From positions 25,110,001 to 25,174,000 of the forward strand of contig CATNEN010000001.1 in the NCBI GenBank assembly GCA_950097015.1: a stretch of DNA of 64,000 nucleotides, written 5' to 3'. The notes under the pieces are model-generated. The model was not told the DNA's origin. It ran no database searches and was given only the letters and a program-made list of their open reading frames with translations. The DNA is from Macrostomum hystrix. Its lineage: Eukaryota; Animalia; Platyhelminthes. This document shows positions 14,455 through 25,963 of the stretch, in pieces (within the stretch, counting starts at the first letter, position 1; each line of letters starts with the position of its first letter). The translations under genes and the position numbers were made by a program.

Positions 14455-15408
14455 ATGTATAATCAAAACAATGATGTAGCTAACAATTCAGCTTCGGTTC
14501 TTGCTAACGACCCAGCTACGATTCTTGATAAGAAACCAGTTTCCCTTCCAGCTTCGATTCCAGCAAAGGATCCAGCTTCGATTCTAGCTAAGGATCCAAC
14601 TTCGATTCTAGCTAAGGATCCAGCTTCGATTCTAGCTAAGGATCCAGCTTCGATTCTTGATAAGGATCCAGCTTCGATTCTAGCTAAGGATCCAGCCTCG
14701 ATTCTAGCTAAGGATCCAGCTTCGATTCTAGCTAAGGATCCAGCTTCGATTCCAGTAAAGGATCTAACTTCGGTTCTTGCTAAGGATCCAGCTTCAATTC
14801 TATCTAAGGATCCAGCTAAGGATACAGCTTCGGTTCTTGCTAAGGATCCAGCTACGATTCTTGATAAGAAACAAGCTTCCCTTCCAGCTAAGGATCCAGC
14901 TTCGATTCCAGCAAAGGATCCAGCTTCGATTCCAGCAAAGGATCCAGCTTTGATTCCAGCTAAGGGTCCAGCTTCGATTCTAGCTAAGTATCCAGCTTCG
15001 ATTCCAGCTAAGGATCCAGCCTCGATTCTAGCTAAGGATCCAGCTTCGATTCTAGCTAAGGATCCAGCTTCGATTCCAGTAAAGGATCTAACTTCGGTTC
15101 TTGCTAAGGATCCAGCTTCAATTCTATCTAAGGATCCAGCTAAGGATACAGCTTCGGTTCTTGCTAAGGATCCAGCTACGATTCTTGATAAGAAACAAGC
15201 TTCCCTTCCAGCTAAGGATCCAGCTTCGATTCCAGCAAAGGATCCAGCTTCGATTCCAGCAAAGGATCCAGCTTTGATTCCAGCTAAGGGTCCAGCTTCG
15301 ATTCTAGCTAAGTATCCAGCTTCGATTCCAGCTAAGGATCCAGCTTCGATTCCAGCTAAGGATCCAGCTAAGTATCAGTTAACTAGGGAACTTCGAAAGT
15401 CGAGTTGA
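14455..15408 (+). repeat. 24-bp minisatellite (GCTAAGGATCCAGCTTCGATTCTA)n forming an open 317-aa AKDPASIL-repeat ORF; coding status uncertain
   Basis: Tandem units over ~14490-15375 with a 324-bp internal duplication; ATG-started ORF stays open throughout. Confidence 0.8.
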
Positions 15409-15560
15409 ATAACATGATAACAAAATTTTATTTGGCAAAACCACCAGAGTAATGGAACATGGTCGAGACGAAAAGAATTATTCAAAACCAAGCGATAAAT
15501 AAAGTTATTCTGTATATTTAAAGTATCAGATTCCCAGTTTCAACAGCCAGCTGCTGGCTC

Positions 15561-16523
15561 TTACCGCAGCCGAAAGCTGACATCCTGAAACTCCCTATCG
15601 GCTTCCTTCTTCTTTCTAAGAAACTTCTCAGCCTTGCCGCGGTCCTTCTCCTGCATGGCGGCCTTGGCGTGATTGGCGTAGGTGGCAGAGAGCTGCTGCA
15701 GCACCGAGCAGTACTGCCGCCTCTCGGCCTCGCTGAGATTGGCCATAGACAGTTTGTGCTGAGCCAGGCGCTGCTCCAGACCCCGCACCGCCTCGGCAGC
15801 TTTGGCGTTGGTGGCTGCGTGCGGCTTGAGCAGGCTGATCTCATACTGCAGTACGTAGGCGCTGCAGTCTGGAACACCCTGGCTGGCGCTGATCCGCTGA
15901 CCGGCGGCAGAGGGCCTGGCGCTTGACTGCCGACTGGCAGGCAGCTCCTGATTGGTGTGCTCAATTAGCAGCCACTGTTCGCGAACCTAGCGCAACAAGA
16001 ATAAAAAACGGTTATTTTAAACAGCGAATAATACAGACTACTGACCAGCAGCACATTAGTAGTGTGAATTGAGTATCATTTTCTAGATTTATCATCACGG
16101 TAAAAACTACAAAATTATGCTAAGCCTTCTCAGCGCGGCCGCAGATTCGAGCTCGTGACGAATGAATGAATCAGTGAATTAGCACAGCAGTCAAGGGGGT
16201 CTGTGGCAGAGCAGTCTAACGCATTTGTCTCGCACACCACGGTACCTAAGCTCATTTGGCGGCGAGGCCGCATTCATTTGGAGGCTTGGGGGCTTGTCGT
16301 GCAATTTACGCCATTGAAGGCAAGCCTCCAAGGCACAGTGAGGATGTAAACTGCCTGACGATGAGAAAGTCAGGGCAGATGTACACACCTGTGTGAGCTG
16401 TGTCTGCGTACAGTATCTGTGTGCGTGTGTGCTCAGGAGTCAGCGAAATGGGCAGAATTGCCTCCTCGCTGGCTGCGGGTCTAGTGTCACCACATGAGTG
16501 CCATTGCCCGCAGCCCTCGAGCA

Positions 16524-16560
<37 letters not shown>

Positions 16561-19500
16561 GCAAAGCAGCTGAGGTCAAGTTGGGCGGATTAAACTCACC
16601 TGGTCAGTCTGCGTTCCGCCCAGCGGTTCTCTAAGTCGCACCTGAACCTCCAGCCGGCCGCCAACAGCCTTCCTGCCATCCATGAGGTCCAGGCCCTGGT
16701 GCAGGGCGCACTGGGTCTCCAGATCCTCAAGCTTCATGCTGGCGCTGCCAAGGATGCCGTCTTTCTTCAGGAAGCCGCGCTTGTAGGCGATGTCAAACTT
16801 CAGGCCGCGAGTCTTGAACACCCGGCTGGTGCTGCGAGCCTTCCGGTTCACCTCGAACCTTGTGGCGAAGTCGTAGCTGGGATTGTTCGCGCCTTTCACC
16901 CAGCCAGTTGACTGCGTCAGGGGCGCCTCCGTGCTGATCGGCAGCTCGATTCTCACCTGAAGCGGTTCGTTGGGATCAGATTCTACCTGAAGGCCATGGA
17001 AGCCAGCAGATGGAAGTGGATAATAGACAGTTCCTACCTGAAGGCCATGGAAGCCAGCAGATGGAAGTGGGTAATAGACAGTTCCTACCTGAAGGCCATG
17101 GAAGCCAGCAGATGGAAGTGGGTAATAGACAGTTCCTACCTGAAGGCTAGGGAAGCCAGCAGATGGAAGTGGGTAATAGACTGTTCCTACCTGAAGGCCA
17201 TGGAAGCCAGCAGATGGAAGTGGATAATAGACTGTTCCTACCTGAAGGCCATGGAAGCCAGCAGATCGTTCAGCTAGCAAAATGTTAGAATCAGCAGCAG
17301 CAGCTCACCTGAGTTTCCAAGTCGCTCTCCTTGAAGCCGGCAGGCAGTGGCAGGCTGATGCCGTTGAGCACCTTGACCTCCAGAGTGTTCTCCCCAAGGT
17401 CAGGGTTGCAGCGCACGGCGCTCACACTCTGCCAGATGAAGTGAAACTTTGGCGGCGGCTTCTTGAGTCGTCGCTGGCCCAGCAGGTAGTCCAGGTCGGC
17501 TGTGGCACTCCGGCCCAGCTTGGCCCACCGATCGGCTGTGCCGATTTGGCCCATGGATTTGAAACGGCGCGAGTTCTCCTCGGCTAGAGCGAGCTTCTCC
17601 TGCGATTCGGTGAAATATCATTGGCTGGTAGAAACGGTAGAAAGAACACGGGGGTATTTCAAGTACATATACATTTTTCTAGTTTTCTGTATCTCCTGAC
17701 GATGATAAAATATTCTACAATGACGCTTGTTACCGCAGCAATGATTCGCGCAAACAAGGCATGTGTACAGCTGTTCAGTCCGTGGACTGAGGGCCACGTA
17801 GGGTACTCATGTTACAGCTGGGTGAACCAAAGCAATGGATAATTGCGGGACACAAATAGTTTAGTATCCCATTGGCTTCGATTCGAACTCCGGACCTCTG
17901 AGTCAGGACTGCAAAGCTCTAAGAGTCTGGCCAACCTTGAGCGTTTTCTCCAGCGCATCGTAGACAGCATCGGGATCCTTCAACGAGTCGCCCTGCAGCT
18001 CCTTGGGCACTTCGGAAACTTCGCAAATTGCTGGCGCCGAGGCAGACGGAGCTGCGGCCGGATTGGCGGAGGCGGACTCGCCTGGCAAGGGCGGCAGCTG
18101 CGACAGGTCCACGGGCATGCCGGCCTGGGCAGCTTGCAGCATCGGCTCGCAGCCCTTGGCGTAGCTGAGCATCCGCTTGGCTGTGTTCAGGTCGCCTGTT
18201 CGCTTCGCCTGTAGAAATGCATGGATAAACATTTATCTCAGCTCTGCATCGCACTACTGTTAGTCGCACTACTGTTAGTAGGCTGGATAGCGAGCAGGGT
18301 GGAATATAATGCTAGTCGCAGACAAATTCAAAAGACTGAAATTAAGACAGAATTGAGAAATTAGTAAGGCCGCATCAAGACTGCGACTCGCCTGCACGGC
18401 GGCCATCTTGTACTGCTGCTGTCGCTGCATCAGCAGCTTCAGCTGAGCGCCCGCCTTTCCACCCATAGCCGCAGCGGCTGACATCGACGACGATGCGGTT
18501 GGCGCGGACGAGGCGCCGGCTGCGGGCCTGGCGGCGGCAGGCAACGGCCCGAATCCTGGGGGCGGCGGCAGCGAGGAGAAGTCGAAGGCGGCTGCGGCTG
18601 CTCCGCCGGAGCGCAGTGCGGCCGCGGCCTCGGCGTACTGAGCCAGGATGCGACCCATGCGGCGGGCCTTGCCGCTCTCATTGGCCTCCTTGGCCTTGTC
18701 CTGCAGCTGCTTGTAGGCAGACTGACGGTTGGCCAGCTCCGCGGCAAGGCCGCCTCCGCCGCTGCCACTAGCGGCTGCTGCAGGTTGCTGCTGCGGCGGA
18801 GGAGGTGGCGGCGACGGCGCCCGCTGCTGCGGCCCGGCAGCTGCTGACGCTTGTGACAACGGCGGCGGCGGCCCAGGGACATCGTCCGGATCCACCGTCT
18901 CGCCAGATTTCACGGCGGCAATCGCGGCTTCAAACTGGCGATGAACCCGAAGCAGCTCCAAGGCGTCTTCGGTTTTGCCTGCGGCTTTGGCTGCGGCCGC
19001 CGCGACGCGGTACTCGCGAGAGCGCTGCTCCAGCAGGGCGATGATCTGCGGCCCGCCGACACCGACGGATGGCGCCTGGCTTGGCGGGTTGATATAGTCC
19101 AGCACTGCCTGCTGAACATTGGTGAGCTGCTGATGCTGGTGTTGCGGCTGCTGCTGCGGCGGTGGCGGCTGCTGCGGCGGCTGCTGCGGCGGCTGCTGTG
19201 GCGGGGGCTGCGGTGGCTCTGGCGGAAGCGAGTCCAAATCAATAGCACGGCCACTTCGAGCATCGGACATCGCCGAGTTCAACAGCTGGACGCTGCGTTC
19301 TAGACGGCGACGCTTAGAGGCGTCCTCCGTGGCAGCGAGGAGGCGCTGGTAGCCAGCTAAGCGGCTGGCGACGACGGCTGAAAAGTCCTGCCTCGGCTGC
19401 GGAGACGGAGTCGGCGTAGACTGCGGCGAGGGCCCACCTACCGGCCCGTCAGATCCGAGGTAGCCCTAAGGATTTGCAATGGGTTAAAATTAGTATAGAA

Positions 19501-20308
19501 ACTTGTCTTTTATATGGGTTTTACGGGTAAAAAAGTTAGTGGCAGGACGAGTAAGGCGTTTGCCTCTCGCAACAAGGTCCCTGAGCTCGATTCCGCGAGG
19601 CCACATTTGTTTGGGCGCAGCCGCGGAGAGAAGACTTGGGGGCTTGTCGTGCAATTTACGCCCTTGAGGGCCAACCTCCAAGGCACTGTGAAGTGTACAC
19701 TGCCTGACGATGAGAAAGTCAGGGCAGATGTACACACCTGTGAGCGTGTGCCTGTGTACGGTATTTGTGTGCGTGTGTGCTCAGGAGTCAGCGAAATGTC
19801 CAGAATCCCCTCCTCGCTTTCAGCAGGTCTAGTGTCACCAAATGATGCGCCATTGCCCGCAGCGCTCCTGCAATTACTACACTATTTTTAATAATAATAT
19901 TATTGTTATGGGTATAACACTCCACCAATCAAGTAGTAAAACAGCACACACATGCAGCTCGCTGAGCAGGTCGGGATCATTCTCATCAACTTCAACATCC
20001 TCATCTTCGTCGACATCGGCCGCAGCCACCAGAGGTCGCTCCTTTGCTTTCGTTGACGACAACGAAGTCGCAGATTTTGTTTCAAGAGGCGCAGCGGCGA
20101 CTAGTCGTCGACTTTTGGACGGCGAAGTGTTGGTGGAAGAGCCGCCGCCGCCGAGCAGTTCGTTTAGCTCGCGCTCAAGCTCCGCGTCGTCTTCAACTCG
20201 GCCGTAGAGGCTGTCTTCGATCTGCTGATGGCTGGAGCCGTCCGGGTTAAGGCCCAGACCGCCTAGCAGGTTGGCTGTCATTTCATTTCTAGTTGGCTTG
20301 CGGGACAT
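15561..20308 (-). CDS. CC2D1: Coiled-coil and C2 domain protein 1 (CC2D1A/B, Drosophila lgd). Coding exons 20308-19952, 19465-18392, 18208-17936, 17599-17309, 16956-16600, 15986-15561
   Basis: Four DM14-type repeats ending in G..(V/I/F)D...(L/V)PP-like motifs, a C2 domain (LEVKVLNG...KAVGGRLEVQVRLREPL, then EQWLLI) and a CC2D1A-like C-terminal helical extension. All junctions are phase 0 and the spliced frame is continuous; intron 2 is GC-AG. Confidence 0.9.
16195..16560 (+). mobile_element. tRNA-derived SINE, copy 1 (in CC2D1 intron 5, antisense to the gene)
   Basis: Shares body with copies at 19539, 59053 and 63760; (TTA)n tail; near-TSD TTAGCA(C/A)AGCAG. Confidence 0.85.
16984..17265. repeat. 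51-bp minisatellite in CC2D1 intron 4
   Basis: About 5.5 copies; each minus-strand unit contains CCTTCAG|GTAG. Confidence 0.92.
19539..19905 (+). mobile_element. tRNA-derived SINE, copy 2 (in CC2D1 intron 1)
   Basis: B-box-like GAGCTCGATTCC, same body including CTGCCTGACGATGAGAAAGTCAGGGCAG, AT-rich tail. Confidence 0.85.
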
Positions 20309-20842
20309 GTCAGCGCGGTTGCAGCTAAAACAGAAGTTGACAAGGGATTTGATAGGCATGACAGCCAACACGGACGCTTGTGGCGCTACGCAGCGCTATC
20401 CCCTAGGCTGAGGTTCGAACCTAGGACCTCTTGGTCCTCGCGGTTTCGAGTACAAAACTTTCCTTTTTTCTCAGGGGGGAAATAGCGTGTTGTCTTTCTA
20501 CTGTTTATTGCCTGAACCACTTTGACTGTAAATAAACGTAGCAAATCAATAAGCTAAAAACCAATTGTCGATATCGTTTAATAACTTTCAGCTCGACTTG
20601 CAGTATAAAATTTATTAATAAAAAACGTTTTAGTCTCGTTTTTTAATCGTGATTTGAAACAAAAATTTAGGACAAAAAGAGTAATTGAACCGAAGTCATC
20701 ATAAAAATATATTAGAAATAAAATTACATTGAAAAATGAAATTTAAAAAATTGGAAAGGTAAATTCAAAGAAAATTGTATAATTGGGCATTTGAAATACG
20801 CCGACATTTGCTGAACGATTTTAAGTGGGGAATAATTAACAT

Positions 20843-21862
20843 CAGGAACTGAGGAACAGTTTCTGAAGCTGAACCGCAGGATCTGGGGAACAGTTGCTGA
20901 AGCTGAACCTCAGGATCTGGGGAACAGTTGCTGAAGCTGAACCTCAGGATCTGGGGAACAGTTGCTGAAGCTGAACTTCAGGATCTGGGGACCAGTTGCT
21001 GAAGCTGAACCTCAGGATCTGGGGAACAGTTTCTGAAGCTGAACCTCAGGATCTGGGGAACAGTTGCTGAAGCTGAACCTCAGGATCTGGGTAACAGTTT
21101 CTGAAGCTGAACCTCAGGATCTGGGGAACAGTTGCTGAAGCTGAACCTCAGGATCTGGGGAACAGTTGCTGAAGCTGAACCTCAGGATCTGGGGAACAGT
21201 TGCTGAAGCTGAACCCCAGGATCTGGGTAACAGTTGCTGAAGCTGAACCTCAGGATCTGGGGAACAGTTGCTGAAGCTGAACCTCAGGATCTGGGGAACA
21301 GTTGCTGAAGCTGAACTTCAGGATCTGGGGAACAGTTGCTGAAGCTGAACCTCAGGATCTGGGGAACAGTTGCTGAAGCTGAACCTCAGGAACTGGGGAA
21401 CAGTTGCTGAAGCTGAACCTCAGGATCTGGGTAACAGTTTCTGAAGCTGAACCTCAGGATCTGGGGAACAGTTGCTGAAGCTGAACTTCAGGATCTGGGG
21501 AACAGTTGCTGAAGCTGAACCTCAGGATCTGGGGAACAGTTTCTGAAGCTGAACCTCAGGAACTGGGGAACAGTTGCTGAAGCTGAACCTCAGGATCTGG
21601 GGAACAGTTGCTGAAGCTGAACCTCAGGATCTGGGGAACAGTTGCTGAAGCTGAACCTCAGGATCTGGGGAACAGTTGCTGAAGCTGAACTTCAGGATCT
21701 GGGGAACAGTTGCTGAAGCTGAACCTCAGGATCTGGGGAACAGTTGCTGAAGCTGAACCTCAGGATCTGGGGAACAGTTGCTGAAGCTGAACCTCAGGAT
21801 CTGGGGAACAGTTGCTGAAGCTGAACCTCAGGAACTGAGGAACAGTTGCTGAAGCTCTGAAG
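20843..21862. repeat. 34-bp minisatellite (GGGGAACAGTTGCTGAAGCTGAACCTCAGGATCT)n
   Basis: About 29 near-identical copies. Confidence 0.96.
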
Positions 21863-22565
21863 TTCTGAAGAAGTCTTAACTTAACGCATCTTAACTGCAT
21901 CTGATTTGTTTGAAAATATTTTTCTATTTACTAGCACGATTTTCCAATCCATTATCGTCAGCGACAGCATTTCGGTATAAAAATGAACTTTAACCACAAA
22001 GGATTCAGGAACACCGAACAGACGTGACTTATGGAGGAACAACTCAAAATACTAGAAAGAGTATAATATAAAAGACTGAAGATTGGACACTGCTTGTGGT
22101 CCACTAGGCGCAGAGCACAGAAAGGTATCCCGTTATTCAGCTGAAAAAATAGAATTATGCAATAACTAGGCTACGTACACTATGCGATCTATGCAATAAC
22201 ACGGTAAACAATACAAATGTAAATATGATACACAAGTACCTCATCAGACCCATGCAAGCTGTTGCTTGATAAGTAAGTTTAAAAAAGACATAGAGCTTTC
22301 AAAGCAGAGACCGAAGTAGATGATGCAGTCGAGTAAACTTGAAAATAACAATAAAAAGATCTACATAAGGGGTGAAGCAGATAATTAGATTGAAGCTTTA
22401 CTCGAAAATGACTCACGGTAGCAAGCTGTGTACATGTGTACAGATGTGCTTGCCTTACCGACTAATGACTCTGATGATTGACAACACTCACTGATTGGGG
22501 CTGGACACAGGTCTAGGTTTTTAAACAGTAACATTTCAAAATAGCAGATATGAATAGCTAAAACT

Positions 22566-22742
22566 AGACAGACAGGCAGACAGACAGGCAGGCAGGCAGA
22601 CAGGCAGACAGGCAGACAGGCAGGCAGGCAGACAGGCAGACAGGCAGACAGGCAGGCAGGCAGACAGGCAGGCAGGCAGGCAGACAGACAGGCAGGCAGG
22701 CAGACAGGCAGACAGGCAGGCAGGCAGACAGGCAGGCAGGCA

Positions 22743-22779
<37 letters not shown>

Positions 22780-22815
22780 ACAGGCAGGCAGGCGGGCAGG
22801 CAGGCAGGCAGGCAG
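22566..22815. repeat. (GGCA/GACA)n microsatellite downstream of the SIAH stop
   Basis: Directly visible. Confidence 0.95.
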
Positions 22816-22934
22816 AAAAAAGTGTCTGCTAGTACAGATTGATCAGGCACATAGACAGTGTGAGGACACTAAAAGACACAAGAAAGAGCTCATAAGGCAG
22901 CCTCAGAGACAAGTGAGTCAGGCTGAGCAGTCAC

Positions 22935-24473
22935 TCAGCCCATCGGCATAGGCTGAGCCATCGAAGATGAAGAATTAGACGAGCAGGTCGATGCGGATGT
23001 CTGGGGCTGGTGACCCACTGGGCTGGCTGCGGGGTTGGCGCCACCCGCCATGCTGATGGTGACGCTGATGCCAAGGTTGCCAGTCTCGGCAAACAATGAG
23101 GCGATGTTGGAATCGAACACCAGACAGTCGGAGTTGGCGATGGCCGCCTGTACGCCGTCGTGAATCGAGCGCGGCGTGGCCTCCCAGGTGAGTCGGCGGC
23201 GCTGTCCGTTGAGCTCCAGGCGGTAGGCGAACTGGTCGGCCTGCTTGCGGGTCCCTATGAGCTGCACGATGGCGTAGAACATCACCTGGTTCTCGGCGCT
23301 GCGCTCCTGTTTCTCCAGCACCAGCATGAAATGATAGCCGAAGCAGCTCTGCATCATCACCCAGTCCACAGCGCCGGGCAGGTTGATGTCCGTGGCCAGG
23401 AAGATGATGTCCTCGCCCTGCAGGGTGGTGATGCTCTTGTGCTGCTGCATCAGGTGATGCATCACCTGCGGGATGGGGTTGCGGTTTGGGTTGCAGCAGA
23501 AGCTGAAGGACTTCTCAATAACCCGCAGGAATTATATAACTGAGAAAACTGAATGAGAAACTCGGGCAGACAAGTGAAACTTTAAAAGGATAGGTGAAAT
23601 CCCTAAATTATTGGTGAGATCTCTGAAATATCGGTGAGACCCCAGAAGGATAGGTGAGATCCCTGAAGGATCGGTGTTAAACCCTGAAGAATCTGTGAGA
23701 CCCTGAAGGATCGGTGAGATCTCTGAAGGATCGGTGTTCACGGATCTACCAGAAAACCTGAAGGATCTTTGAGAAGCTTCAAAGGGTCTTGGTCAAACCC
23801 TGTAGGATCTTTGAGAAGTCGTATAAAGGATCCGCAGCAGCCCTAAAAACAAGGGACATTTCTAGTTGACTCTTAGCAGCCTCCCTACCTGATCCAGCGA
23901 GCCCTGCCACTTGCAGCTGGCGCCGGGGCACGGGCAAGTGTACGGCCTGAACTCGCACACATCCTCATGCTCAGCCTTGCTGCTGTGAATGAAACTATCT
24001 GAGCAGCCGTTGGTGACGTATTTGCACGGAAACAGAACCTGAGCGGCCAGCTTGTCCATCACCAGGTTGCGAATGTTGGCCAGGGGACCCCGGCAGGTCG
24101 GGCAGCTGGTGAGCTTCGAGCGGCAGGCGGCGCACACAATGTGCCCGGCCTGGCACTGCAGAATCGGCGGCAAGGCGTAGTCGAAGCACACGGGGCACTC
24201 GAACAGCGAGGCCAGCTCCAGGTTGTGCGCCGGGTCTGACGCACCCGCCGCCGCGGCTGCCGCCATGGCTGCGGCTACGGAGCCTCCGCCGCTTCCGCTG
24301 CCGCCGCCGCCAACACCGACGATTGCGGCTGTCAGCGGAGCGGGAACCGCCACCGGCTTGCTGCCAACGATGCCGATCTGAGCGGCGCCGTCCAGATGAG
24401 CTGAGGAGGAGGCCGCGGAGTGGTGCCGGCCAATCATTGAGCTGGGCTTTGAGCTGGGGTGAATCTTGCTCAT
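22935..24473 (-). CDS. SIAH1: E3 ubiquitin ligase SIAH/seven in absentia. Coding exons 24473-23889 and 23465-22935
   Basis: RING ([25 protein letters not shown]...CPTC), SIAH zinc fingers, substrate-binding domain ([31 protein letters not shown]...[10 protein letters not shown]); GT-AG phase-0 intron. Confidence 0.96.
23585..23835. repeat. Degenerate ~20-bp CCCTGAAGGATC-core minisatellite in the SIAH intron
   Basis: Repeating GTGAGA(C/T)CCTGAAGGATC units. Confidence 0.75.
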
Positions 24474-24540
24474 GACTCTCAGGATTAGCTTTGCTCTGCT
24501 CGGTTTCCGCGACTCAAACTGGAATTCGGCGAATGAAATG

Positions 24541-24995
24541 AGATCTTTCAGGGATCTTACAGATCCTTCAGGGGTCTCACAGATCCTTCACGTATCTTAC
24601 AGATCCTTCAGGGGTCTCACAGATCCTTCACGTATCTTACAGATCCTTCACGTATCTTACAGATCCTTCAGGGGTCTCACAGATCCTTCACGTATCTTAC
24701 AGATCCTTCAGGGGTCTCACAGATCCTTCACGGATCTTACAGATCCTTCAGGGGTCTCACAGATCCTTCACGGATCTGACAGATCCTTCACGGATCTGAC
24801 AGATCCTTCAGGGGTCTCACAGATCCTTCAGGGATCTTACAGATCCTTCAGGGGTCTCACAGATCCTTCACGTATCTTACAGATCCTTCAGGGGTCTCAC
24901 AGATCCTTCACGTATCTTACAGATCCTTCAGGGGTCTCACAGATCCTTCACGTATCTTACAGATCCTTCAGGGGTCTCACAGATCCTTCAGGGTC
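24541..24995. repeat. 20-bp minisatellite AGATCCTTCA(GGGGTCTCAC/CGTATCTTAC)
   Basis: About 22 units with two alternating variants; reverse complement of the 23585-23835 array. Confidence 0.95.
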
Positions 24996-25963
24996 TTTCT
25001 TTATCTCCTAAGATATTCAACCAATGACCCTGAAAATGCAGAACAAGGGCTAAAATTTTCCGCTTTATCCGATTAAACAACTTCAAGAATCAAAAAACAT
25101 CCTCGAGATATTCAATCCACAAATAGAGGCATACTTTTTCTGCTCACAAAATGTCAATTGTTCAACTATTTTGGACTGATAAAACTTTCTTTTATATATT
25201 TGACCAAGATGAATTCGACACAAAAGTTTAAACAGAGCCTTGTTAGCTTGTCCTTGTCACCAGGGTATTTGAATGTGTCCTCGCCGCGGAATCGAGCTCA
25301 GGACCTTGCTCTTCTTTAACTATTTATCTGTTTCTGATAATCTATGTAATTAATGTAATTAATCATCAAAGTCTGAAGGCCCTATAAACTTTATAAACGA
25401 ATAGAGCAATAAAATATATTTAGCAAATTCGCAGTATAAATAAGATTTTCAATGACAAAACACGCTTGAAATTTATCTTTATTTATAAAAAATAGACATA
25501 AATATAAAGATGCAATAACTAGAACTAAATTTGTCTGACACTGTTACAATTATACTACTGGTATTATAAAAATAAGTAGTATGATAAAAATCTTCAAACT
25601 GTGTCGATGTGGGCAGAGAGATAGAAATAAAAAACAGTGCAATCTTTGTTTCAGTTATCTACTTTGAAAGCTACAAAAAAACGCGGAGAAAACAGCAAAG
25701 GTAAAGAAGGCACACAATAGCTAAGCGAAAAATATTCTAGAATAAAAAATCTGCTCAAAATAGTTAAAAAAATAGCTAATTTAAAAAGTGAAAAACACAG
25801 CGGAGCTTAATTATGGCTAAATATATTTACAGTGATATTCGTTTAAAAAAACAATTTTTAACGAAAAAATACTGACAAAAATCACTTGGTAGGTTTAGGC
25901 GCAAAGCTGTAGGAAAAAAACAAATCGAATGACTGACTGTCAGCTGCACTGAGCAGAACTCAT

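Noticed and set aside
19700-19730. CTGACGA...GAAA in the SINE as a hammerhead ribozyme core
   Set aside because: No stem II, CUGAC is paired with GUCAG in a simple hairpin, no NUH with stem III, and the 59 kb copy has GATAAA instead of GAGAAA.
13261-21862. 34-36 bp arrays as CRISPR repeats
   Set aside because: No unique spacers, no cas genes, eukaryotic context.
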